Source of the DNA: an uncultured Gammaproteobacteria bacterium
GTDB taxonomy: Bacteria; Pseudomonadota; Gammaproteobacteria; JAADHQ01
Direction of reading: 5' to 3'
Assembly: GCA_963807455.1 (NCBI GenBank)
Contig: CAWECS010000010.1
Location: 31,524-95,523, forward strand
DNA: 64,000 nucleotides
Positions 1 to 8,694 of the stretch are shown piece by piece. Position 1 is the first letter of the stretch. Each line of letters opens with the position of its first letter. A program made the position numbers and the translations under genes. Under the pieces are notes generated by a model. It had not been told where the DNA came from. It did no database searches and worked only from the letters and a program-made list of their open reading frames with translations.

Positions 1-235
1 CACTGGCAAATAATTCCTCGATGCGAATATGCGCAATGTCAACAAGCAGCATCTGATCTGTCACTTGCTGATCATCAGTGATGAGCAACTTGTCTCCAAC
101 CACCAGTAACCAGGTGTCACCAAAATCACCATTGGCCGAAATATCACTTTGTATAGCATATTCAACAGACTCGACCGCAAAAGCCTTATCTCTCATATCG
201 TGCAAAATGCTATCTGGTAGCTGCAAATGATCCAT
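1..235 (-). CDS. Partial CDS, N-terminal part only; the gene continues past the window start. Hypothetical protein.
   Basis: Reverse-strand reading frame opens with ATG at 233–235 and runs to position 1 without a stop (MDHLQLPDSILHDMRDKAFAVESVEY...). No recognisable family. Not in the ORF track because it has no stop inside the window. Confidence 0.35.
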   Translation of the reverse strand, partial: MDHLQLPDSILHDMRDKAFAVESVEYAIQSDISANGDFGDTWLLVVGDKLLITDDQQVTDQMLLVDIAHIRIEELFAS

Positions 236-264
236 TGATCGCCCGTCAAATTTAATATCTGACA

Positions 265-564
265 CTAGAGTTTCTCCAGTGGCAGTAGATTTTGTAGTGA
301 CAGTACATATTGTTGAAAATGCTGTCTTCCCTTGTCTGTCAGGCTATAGAAAGTCTGATTGCGCTTGTTGATCTGTTGCTTGCGACTTACTATATAGTCT
401 ACAGCAGATAATTTTTTTATATGCGCATCGAGATTCCCATCGGTCACTTGTAACAGCTCTTTCAGTTCCTTGAAAGTCGCCTCACCACGCCCGGCAAGAA
501 ACGCAACCAGGCGTGTACGCACCGGTTGATGCAGAATCGGATCCAGGGATTTTCCAGCGCTCAT
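265..564 (-). CDS. Small winged-helix transcriptional regulator
   Basis: 99 aa with a helix-turn-helix-like core (TFKELKELLQVTDGNLDAHIKKLSAVDYI). The stop and the downstream gene's start are 1 nt apart, so it is likely co-transcribed with the membrane protein at 566–1651. Confidence 0.5.
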   Translation of the reverse strand: MSAGKSLDPILHQPVRTRLVAFLAGRGEATFKELKELLQVTDGNLDAHIKKLSAVDYIVSRKQQINKRNQTFYSLTDKGRQHFQQYVLSLQNLLPLEKL

Positions 565-565
565 A

Positions 566-1651
566 CTATTCGTCCAGCAAGCCTCCCAGACGTCTTTGTG
601 TCCCTAAGTCCAGTGCACGCACCAGCTGCGGTCCTTGCTCGTTGCTCAAGATAGTTTTACGAACAAACTGACGGGTAAACAGCGCATCATTCCTTTCAAG
701 CCAGGGCCCATCAATGACCCGGTAGATACCCGTTGGATTTCCATCTTTAAATTCAAGATCAATGTCTTTAGAAATCTTCAAATTCAGACTGGTCTTTGCT
801 GCACCTTCAAACACATCACCACTAATACTGATATCAACGGGAACTTCAGTGCCTGCAGGTAGCCTGACAACATACATGCCTTCAGGTTTATGTTTCTGAA
901 ATTCAGACCATGACATGACTGTCTCACCATCGGCACTAATATCCAGATAATAATCCAGTCGATAGGCAAGCGCTGTTGTCATGAAGGCAACCAGCACCCA
1001 TGCCAGGGATAACATTATACATCTTGCTCTATTGGTCGCTAAGGGTTGCAACAATGCGATCGCGCAACTTCCTACTATAAAAATCGATGCTGTCAGCAGG
1101 CGAGACATATTGCCGGGATGCAAGATAAACATGATACCCAAGCCCAGCAACACCAAAACGATACCTGACCATCGGTACCAAAGTTCTGAATATAAGCCAA
1201 ACATGCTTAGCGCAATCCCGGTCAACAAAATGTAGACACCGAACATCTGGCGACCACCACCGAGAGATAGATTGGCATATACATCCAGCAGAAAGGCAAA
1301 TGCAAACAACATCCAGATAGCTAGCGTCACTTTATGCTGCACTATCGAAATGGATTCATCACGTAAGGCTCTTGCTGATCGCGTCATATGATAATCAATC
1401 CATATCACCGCCAGCAGTACAATGGCTAATAGACTAAAATGAAATACCTGACCCCAAACAGGATCGATCTCAAAAACCGATCTGGATATATCGTGCGAGA
1501 AGGCGGTAAGCAATCCAATCCCCCCTCCCCACAGCGGCAAGGTATGCTTTTCAAGTCGTATGCTGTTATGCCCATAAGCCAGCATTGACTGGATCGACTC
1601 CAGTTGAGTGTCTGCACTTATATTTTGTTTTTTCATGGACAGTAACCTCAA
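566..1651 (-). CDS. Membrane protein with about 7 TM helices and a C-terminal soluble domain; possibly DUF4401/GDYXXLXY-like.
   Basis: 361 aa. The N-terminal two thirds are strongly hydrophobic, and the C-terminal ~120 aa are hydrophilic. Forms an operon with the regulator. Confidence 0.45.
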   Translation of the reverse strand: MRLLSMKKQNISADTQLESIQSMLAYGHNSIRLEKHTLPLWGGGIGLLTAFSHDISRSVFEIDPVWGQVFHFSLLAIVLLAVIWIDYHMTRSARALRDESISIVQHKVTLAIWMLFAFAFLLDVYANLSLGGGRQMFGVYILLTGIALSMFGLYSELWYRWSGIVLVLLGLGIMFILHPGNMSRLLTASIFIVGSCAIALLQPLATNRARCIMLSLAWVLVAFMTTALAYRLDYYLDISADGETVMSWSEFQKHKPEGMYVVRLPAGTEVPVDISISGDVFEGAAKTSLNLKISKDIDLEFKDGNPTGIYRVIDGPWLERNDALFTRQFVRKTILSNEQGPQLVRALDLGTQRRLGGLLDE

Positions 1652-1855
1652 TAGTCAGAAAACTTCCACTCTGCAATACAGAGTGACATTTCAAAGATAC
1701 ACTCTGTAATGCAGAGCGTCAACTCATTATGAAAAAAAATTGATCAATATCATCATTGCCATTGTCAACCTCTCTACAATTACAATAATGATTTAGCTTT
1801 TTCATCATCAGGTTTTAGATGGCCAATACAAGTCACCAACACAAATACAGGAAGA

Positions 1856-3040
1856 TTGATCATTAATAATAACAAATCTCCGGCGGCCTTTCTCAGCCTG
1901 GGCTTCAGACCATTTTTTCTTGGTGCCGGGCTGTTCGCGTTTAGCGCCATTGCTCTGTGGATGGCTAGCTATACATTTAACTACAAACTCGGGATTAATC
2001 ATTTAACACTCTTGCAATGGCATGCCCATGAAATGATTTACGGCTATGGTATGGCTGTGATTGCCGGCTTTTTGCTGACGGCTGTCACTAACTGGACAGG
2101 CATTAAGACGCTAACAGGCTACTCACTGCTGATGCTGTTTGCATTATGGGTGCTGGCAAGGCTGTTACCATTTATGCAGATCGAAAACGGACTGGCATTA
2201 ATGTTCACCCTTGACTGCCTGTTTGGTGCGTACCTGGTCATTGCGTTAAGCATCCCTGTGATCAAAGCACGGCAATGGAAACAAATCGGTATAATTTCAA
2301 AAATTTTACTGCTGTTGATTGCCAATGTCGTGTTCTATCTGGGCGCCATGGGTTACCTCGAACAAGGCATACATTGGGGCACTTACGCAGGCATCTACCT
2401 CATTCTTGCACTGGTCTTGATGATGGCCAGACGTGTTCTCCCTTTCTTTATCGAGAAAAGCTGTGGCCTGACAACACCACTCATTAATCGGCCCTGGCTG
2501 GATAATGGCAGCCTGATCATATTCCTGTTTTTTATGCTTAGTGACATCATTGATCCATACACTTGGCTGACTTCATTATTGGCAACTGCACTCGCATTAC
2601 TGCATAGCTTGCGCCTGTATCACTGGCATGTTAAAGGTATCTGGAACAGGCCTTTGCTTTGGATTTTATATACCGCTTATTGTTTTATTACACTCGGTTT
2701 TGTCTTAAAGGCTGCTGTATTTTTGTTTGATATATCAGGCTTTCTGGCCTTACATGCATTTGCATTAGGTGGGATTAGTATTATGAGCATCGGCATGATG
2801 GCACGAGTCTCACTGGGACATACAGGCAGACCTGTAGATAAACCGCCATCAGCTTTAGCATGGATATTTACTTTCATAGTTGCAGCAGCATGCATGCGGG
2901 TCATTATGCCAATGATAGATTTTCAGCACTATTCACTATGGATTTTTATATCGCAGTTATTATGGCTATGTGCCTTCAGTGGATTTGTCGCGGTTTATTT
3001 TTCTGTGCTTACGCAGAAAAATGTTATCAGCAATCAGTAA
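1856..3040 (+). CDS. nnrS: NnrS-family haem-copper membrane protein (NO-response)
   Basis: 394 aa polytopic membrane protein. Carries the NnrS-type N-terminal motif LGFRPFFLGAGLF and conserved His in TM helices. Confidence 0.7.
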   Translation: MIINNNKSPAAFLSLGFRPFFLGAGLFAFSAIALWMASYTFNYKLGINHLTLLQWHAHEMIYGYGMAVIAGFLLTAVTNWTGIKTLTGYSLLMLFALWVLARLLPFMQIENGLALMFTLDCLFGAYLVIALSIPVIKARQWKQIGIISKILLLLIANVVFYLGAMGYLEQGIHWGTYAGIYLILALVLMMARRVLPFFIEKSCGLTTPLINRPWLDNGSLIIFLFFMLSDIIDPYTWLTSLLATALALLHSLRLYHWHVKGIWNRPLLWILYTAYCFITLGFVLKAAVFLFDISGFLALHAFALGGISIMSIGMMARVSLGHTGRPVDKPPSALAWIFTFIVAAACMRVIMPMIDFQHYSLWIFISQLLWLCAFSGFVAVYFSVLTQKNVISNQ

Positions 3041-3669
3041 GTTCTGTATTGAGACTTGCTATCAAAAAACTCATCGTTCAGATACTCAGCGACAGCCAGC
3101 ATGGTAGCGGCCGATGTACCCAGCTGGATATTCCTCATACTTTTTACATTGCTAACGATGGTTTCATCAATCAACAAGTCCGGCTTGGCAGTCCAGGCTT
3201 GATAGGCTTGTCGTTGCTGAGTACTACCAACAGCAATACATTCCGGATAGGCTGCCGGATAAAGACTTTCTTTTTGTCCGCGATCGGCATTTCCAACAGC
3301 GGCATATATTTTACAATGGGTATTGGCAAGAATTTCAAGTGCAGCCTTGACACTTGAGTTCGGTTTCATAAGACCTAATGGCAACACAACAACGTCAGCA
3401 TAGAGCTCCGCAGCCCAAACCAGCCCTCGTGCAAACGCCTGCGGTGAGCCAGCATTGGTGTCAGCAATCACTTTGCCCATGCTAACCTTAACTGTGCCTT
3501 TAAGGTTCTTCGACAAAATTTTCAACATAGATGAACCATGCGAAGCCGAATCTTCCAGGAACGGTTCATTGCAAAAAGTTTGCATGTAGCCACGCTCAAG
3601 ATTGAGATTATCCTGTTCTGACCAGTTTGCGCCGGTATCCAGCATAACTACATGGGGTACTTTAGCCAT
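3034..3669 (-). CDS. Minimal subtilisin-like (S8) serine peptidase with no signal peptide or pro-domain
   Basis: Asp/His/Ser triad motifs appear in subtilisin order (VVMLDTG, SASHGSS, GTSAATMLAVAEY). Likely start at the internal ATG at 3669, preceded by GGGAGAAAG. The 3' end overlaps the nnrS 3' end convergently by 7 nt. Confidence 0.55.
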   Translation of the reverse strand: MAKVPHVVMLDTGANWSEQDNLNLERGYMQTFCNEPFLEDSASHGSSMLKILSKNLKGTVKVSMGKVIADTNAGSPQAFARGLVWAAELYADVVVLPLGLMKPNSSVKAALEILANTHCKIYAAVGNADRGQKESLYPAAYPECIAVGSTQQRQAYQAWTAKPDLLIDETIVSNVKSMRNIQLGTSAATMLAVAEYLNDEFFDSKSQYRTY

Positions 3670-4153
3670 TCTTACTTTCTCCCTGAGAATATGATTTGGC
3701 ATTAACATAGATAATGGCTATTACACATTTCTAAACCGATATCTCCTTGTTTGTATCATTATATTGTCATGAACTTACAAATGACTTATTTAAATATATA
3801 TTAGCATAATCTAATATTTACTTCACTGGCAAACAAAATAGGGTTCGAACACCCTTACTGTGGATTCAAACCAACCCGTGTTCAAGTGAATAAAACACAT
3901 CGAAAACGTTAATATTCACCACTAAACACCAAAAGCACTATTCTACTTTTATTGTATGGTTTTTGGCAATAAATTGCCTGTGTTATCACCTAATCATCCA
4001 TTAATTAGCAAAAGAACAGGACGAAAATCAATAATTGGGCTATTATTCCCAATAATAGTGATGGCAGTCACAGAATTCAATAGCCACATTCTAAATAATT
4101 AAGCCCATAGCGTGATTCGGCCGCTACCACTATAAGCCCAATTAAATTTTATT

Positions 4154-5047
4154 ATGTCCACAACAAACACTGACACTTTACAAAACAATTTCGGAAAAAT
4201 TAATCCGAGAAGTATTAGCACTAAAAAAACGCTAGGTACGCGCGTATTCTTTGGTTTGATGTTTTTTGCCATTATTTACGGCTGGCTCAAACATGATGAT
4301 TTTTATTTATCCGCTGAAAGCGGCTTTGGATACTATCTGGGTATAGCCGGTGGTATCAGCATGCTGGTGCTACTGCTCTACCCCATCAGAAAGAAAGTCA
4401 GCGCCCTGAGAAATTTTGGACCTATCAGGTATTGGTTCAAAGCGCACATGGCTCTCGGCATTATCGGCCCAACACTGATTCTTTACCATGCTAATTATAG
4501 TCTTGGTTCCATCAATAGCAATGTCGCTCTCCTGTGTATGATTGTTGTCTCATTGAGTGGATTAGTAGGTCGTTTCATCTATACCCGTATTCATTATGGT
4601 TTGTATGGAGAAAAAATGACCCTGGCAGATTTGAAAGCAGACCTGGAAAAATCCCGATTAGACATAAACAAGCAATTTCTTTCATTCCCGGATATACAGG
4701 AGCAACTCAATCAGCTCGAAGCCATGGTGGCAAGAAGACGTAATTTTCTGGCACAAATAATAGTTATACCTGTGATCGCAATACGGATTTATTTTCGTCG
4801 TAAAAAAATCAAACGAACTTTGAAACAAGACCTGAAAAATAACAAAACCAGGCTAAACGATATAAATATGGATTTGTTAAAAGCATCCCTGCAAACCATC
4901 TATAACTATATTGAAACGATCCGACGTCTCGGACAACTGATGACCTATGAAAGACTATTTTCACTTTGGCATATTTTGCACCTGCCATTATTTATTATGC
5001 TGGTGATAACCGGGATCATTCATGTATTTGCTGTACATATGTATTAA
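4154..5047 (+). CDS. Integral membrane protein with 4–5 TM helices and paired His in the helices; possible b-type cytochrome or quinol-interacting anchor of the cytochrome cluster.
   Basis: 297 aa. Helices carry KAHMALGIIGPTLILYH and WHILHLPLFIMLVITGIIHVFAVH. A ~110-aa charged coiled-coil region lies between TM3/4 and the last TM. First gene after a 445-bp AT-rich spacer and directly upstream of the multiheme cytochromes. Confidence 0.4.
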   Translation: MSTTNTDTLQNNFGKINPRSISTKKTLGTRVFFGLMFFAIIYGWLKHDDFYLSAESGFGYYLGIAGGISMLVLLLYPIRKKVSALRNFGPIRYWFKAHMALGIIGPTLILYHANYSLGSINSNVALLCMIVVSLSGLVGRFIYTRIHYGLYGEKMTLADLKADLEKSRLDINKQFLSFPDIQEQLNQLEAMVARRRNFLAQIIVIPVIAIRIYFRRKKIKRTLKQDLKNNKTRLNDINMDLLKASLQTIYNYIETIRRLGQLMTYERLFSLWHILHLPLFIMLVITGIIHVFAVHMY

Positions 5048-5086
5048 AGAAGATCTTAAATCGTTGCAATAGAATGTTTAAGATCA

Positions 5087-6644
5087 ATGGATTCGGTTAT
5101 GAAAACGATTTTCGTGATAATGATGCTACTTGTAGCACCCTGTTTGTTTGCAGGCGCATTGGAAACACTGATGATGCCCGGGAAGCTGATTCAGCAACAT
5201 GAAAAATATGAGATTAAATGCGAAAACTGTCATGAAGTTTTCAGCAAAAAGAAACAGACGCGATTATGCAGGCAATGTCATGAGGAAGTTGATAAGGACA
5301 TAAAAGCAGAAAAAGGATTTCATGGAAGAATACCTAACATAAACAAAATTGAGTGCAATGCATGCCATACGGACCACAAAGGTAGAAATATCGATATTGT
5401 GAAACTGGACAAACAAACATTTGATCACGACAAGACTGATTTTAACCTAAAAGGAAAACATCAGTTTATCGCCTGTGATAGCTGTCATCAGCAGAAAAAG
5501 TACAGAGACACAAGCTCTCAATGCTACTCCTGCCATAAACAAAGTGACATTCATCACGGACGACTTGGAAAAAAATGCCAACAATGTCATTCCTCGGAAA
5601 GTTGGCTAGCAGCAGAATTCGATCACGAAAAGACAGACTTCAAGCTTAGAGGAAAACATAAAAAAACCAATTGTAACAATTGCCATATAAATCAGGAATA
5701 CAAAAAAACCCCTACACAATGCCATCAGTGCCATATAACCAAAGATATACATAACGGCATTTTTGGAAAAAAATGCGGCGATTGTCATAACACCAAACAA
5801 TGGGACGATTGCTGTATTTAATCATGACAAACAGACCGACTATAAACTGTCAGGCAAGCATCGTGACATTCAATGTGAATCCTGCCACCGTAATAATCCA
5901 TACCTGCATAAAACACCCAGCCAATGTAGCAAATGTCACAAAGACGAAGATGTGCATCAGGGTGTATACGGGCAGCAATGCCACTCGTGTCATTCAAGCA
6001 AAAACTGGCAGTCAATACATTTCGATCATAACCGTGATACTGACTTCAAGCTGAATAATAAGCATAATCTTACGCGTTGTGACAGTTGCCATAGGAGCAA
6101 CCCCTATAAAAACAAAACCGTGAGAAGCTGTTACTCTTGCCATAAACCAGATGACAAGCACCAGGGATCACAAGGAAAACAATGTGAGAATTGTCATAAT
6201 GATAAAAGCTGGTCGGACAAGGTAGCGTTTGATCACGATATTTCCAACTTCCCGCTGATTGGCTTACATGCCTCGGTTGCCTGTGAAGGTTGCCATATAG
6301 ACACTCACTACCGTAAAACCCCAAAGAATTGCAATGACTGCCATCAACAGGATGATGTCCACAAAGGTATGTTCAGTGAGAAATGTAATGATTGCCATAA
6401 CCCCAATGCCTGGAGTCGCTGGCAATTCGATCACAATACACAAACTGATTATCATTTAGAAGAATCGCATGAGAATCTGGAATGTCATGCCTGTCATTTA
6501 GTTGACCAGAAAATGACTAAACCGGATCAATTTTGTAATAGCTGCCATGCTAATGATGATGAGCATAATGGAAGTTTTGGTATCCAGTGCGACCGCTGCC
6601 ATACACAAGAGTCTTTCAGCATCATAAAAATGTCAGGCCATTAA
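5087..6644 (+). CDS. Periplasmic multiheme cytochrome c, about 21 CXXCH, of the paired/doubled-CXXCH (cytochrome c3/c7-like) module type. Split in this sequence by a +1 frameshift near 5809.
   Basis: Track ORFs 5087–5821 and 5763–6644 overlap in different frames. Both halves carry the same repeated unit W-x2-A-x-F-D/N-H-x2-T-D-F/Y-x-L-x-G-K-H-x5-C-x2-CH. Removing one T from gaTTgct restores ...KQWDDAVFNHDKQTDYKLSGKH... across the junction. N-terminal signal peptide present. Confidence 0.8.
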
Positions 6645-6656
6645 CATCAGCACTAA

Positions 6657-8247
6657 ATGGAGAAAACGATGAATATAAAATGGAAAAGAATAATACTCGT
6701 TAGCCTGTTGTTACTACCGGGAATAGCTTCATCTGCTGATACTTCAAAGCCTTTTGATCATTTTAATACCGGTTACCCGCTCGAAGGTGCTCATATGCAA
6801 GTAGAGTGTGAAACTTGCCATGTCAGAGGCATTTTTAAAGGAACACCAACACAATGTTCAGGTTGCCACAGTGCGGGCAGCACCATCAGTGCCAGCAAAA
6901 AGCCCTCTCATCATATTCAAAGTAATGAGAATTGTGGCGATTGTCATACCGACAAGAATTGGTCATCCGCACGAATGGATCATTCTTCTGTCACGGGTTC
7001 CTGTTTGACTTGTCATAATGGTACTACCGCTACGGGCAAGCATGCGCTGCATGTTCAAAGTAATAATACCTGCGAGGACTGCCACACCAGTAGCGCCTGG
7101 ATTCCCGCGCGCTTCGACCATAGTTCGGTCACAGCCACTTGTTCGACTTGCCACAATGGCACCACCGCCACCGGTAAACATGCCACGCATATCCAGAGCA
7201 ACAACACCTGTGATGATTGCCATACCAGCAGCGCCTGGATTCCCGCGCGCTTTGATCATACCAACATTACCGCCGCCTGCTTCTACCTGTCACAATGGCA
7301 CGACTGCCACCGGTAAACATGCCACGCATATCCAAAGCAACAACACTTGTGATGATTGCCATACCAGTAGCGCCTGGATACCTGCCCGCTTTGATCATAT
7401 TAATATTACAGCAGCCTGCTCTACCTGCCACAATGGCACGACGGCCACGGGTAAAAATCCGACACATATCCAGGCCAACAATACCTGTGATGACTGCCAC
7501 ACGACCAATGCCTGGATCCCGGCACGTTTTGACCACACCAACATTACCGCCGCCTGTTCTACCTGTCACAATGGCACCACGGCCACGGGTAAAAATCCAA
7601 CACATATCCAGTCAAACAATGTTTGCGATGATTGTCATACCACCAACGCCTGGATTCCAGCGAGATTCGATCACAATGCAGTCACGGCTGCGTGCTCTAC
7701 CTGCCATAATGGCACCACGGCCACGGGTAAAAATGCGACACACATCCAGACCAATAACACTTGCGATGATTGCCATACCACTACCGCCTGGATTCCGGCG
7801 AGATTCGATCACAATGCAGTCACGGCACCATGCTCTTCATGCCACAACGGTCAACAAGCTACGGGCAAGTCAAGTAGTCATTTCATCACCAGTCGACAGT
7901 GCGATAACTGCCATCGTAATACTAACTGGACGCCCAGTATTTTTACTCACGCAACAATGAATTATCCTGGCGACCATGGCGTTTCTCTAAATTGCATCGA
8001 TTGTCATACCGGCAATAACGAAACAGTTAACTGGAAAAATGCCGCTTACAAACCTGACTGTGCTGCATGCCATAGTGGTGATTTTAAATCTGGCCCGCAT
8101 AAAAAATATGAGAACCCGGATACCACTTATACTGTCAGTGAATTACGAGACTGCACAAGTAGCTGCCATATCTATACCAACAGCACTTTAACAACAATTA
8201 AAGAAAACAGGAATAGAGAACACTCTGTTACAAATAGAGAATTCTAG
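6657..8247 (+). CDS. Periplasmic multiheme cytochrome c, about 19–20 CXXCH, built from seven tandem 46-aa dihaem modules. Split in this sequence by a +1 frameshift near 7281.
   Basis: Track ORFs 6657–7316 and 7018–8247 lie in different frames. Repeat unit: ARFDHxxxTAxCSTCHNGTTATGKxxTHIQSNNTCDDCHTxxAWIP. The third repeat reads tgcTtctacc where all other copies read tgctctacc; the extra T breaks the frame. Signal peptide present. A CX3CH-like motif (CTSSCH) lies near the C-terminus. Confidence 0.8.
6960..7860 (+). repeat. Seven tandem ~138-bp repeats, about 85–95% nucleotide identity, inside the cytochrome gene
   Basis: Near-identical blocks recur at ~7050, 7188, 7320, 7460, 7598 and 7740 (for example catgccacgcatatccagagcaacaacacctgtgatgattgccatacc...). 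This also produces several long antisense and out-of-frame artefact ORFs in the track. Confidence 0.8.
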
Positions 8248-8253
8248 ATAACA

Positions 8254-8694
8254 GTGTTAGCACAAATTAAAAAAATGGATACGACGAGTTTAGCAATGTA
8301 CAAAGGATTTATTCTGGCTTTAGTCCTATGTAATGCTCCAGACTTGCATGCAGAGCCCCTGATAGACCATGTGAATAATGAGGTACAGAATAACCAGGAA
8401 ATTGTAGAAATTATTTTCAATACCCCGGTACAGTACCTTTACCACACACCAAAATCTGGCACGAAAACCATGTTGCTTGGTTTTTATATTCACCCATCAT
8501 GGAAGCAGAGCAGATCCTGGCACAGGCCGATATCATTCAAGCGCACCAAATACTTGCAAAGCATGGATATATATTCTGAACAGGGATTCAACCCGCATCT
8601 ATATCTTGAGTTTAATACCTTTGTGAATATTCAAGTACAACCGAGGAAGAACCTTCGTGGTTTTGTTTTAACACTAAGTGAACAAGAAAAATAA
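8254..8694 (+). CDS. Small lipoprotein-like protein, paralogous to the N-terminal domain of the downstream beta-barrel protein
   Basis: 146 aa. ...CNAPDLHAEPLIDHVNNEVQNNQEIVEIIFNTPVQYLYH... aligns with ...CIAITQPIIDHVDFNESAESIDIVLTFTLPVSYLSH... of the 819-aa protein. Confidence 0.5.
   Translation: MLAQIKKMDTTSLAMYKGFILALVLCNAPDLHAEPLIDHVNNEVQNNQEIVEIIFNTPVQYLYHTPKSGTKTMLLGFYIHPSWKQSRSWHRPISFKRTKYLQSMDIYSEQGFNPHLYLEFNTFVNIQVQPRKNLRGFVLTLSEQEK

Noticed and set aside
3835-3895. tRNA-like T-arm motif (GGGTTCGAACACCC) in the AT-rich spacer upstream of the cytochrome cluster
   Set aside because: No acceptor or anticodon stems and no cloverleaf can be built around it. At most it is a relic fragment.
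5763-5765. TTG and GTG codons that the ORF track translates as Met at the start of several ORFs (5763, 7018, 62108, 48891)
   Set aside because: These are artefactual internal starts created by frameshifts or by permissive start-codon rules. The true starts were reassigned where a ribosome-binding site or homology allowed.
6808-7960. Track ORFs on both strands inside the cytochrome tandem-repeat region (6808–7008, 6963–7259 -, 7267–7605 -, 7295–7960 +, 7612–7812 -)
   Set aside because: They are low-complexity, Pro/Arg/Gly-rich products of alternative frames of a GC-rich repeated sequence. The real coding frame is the CXXCH one.
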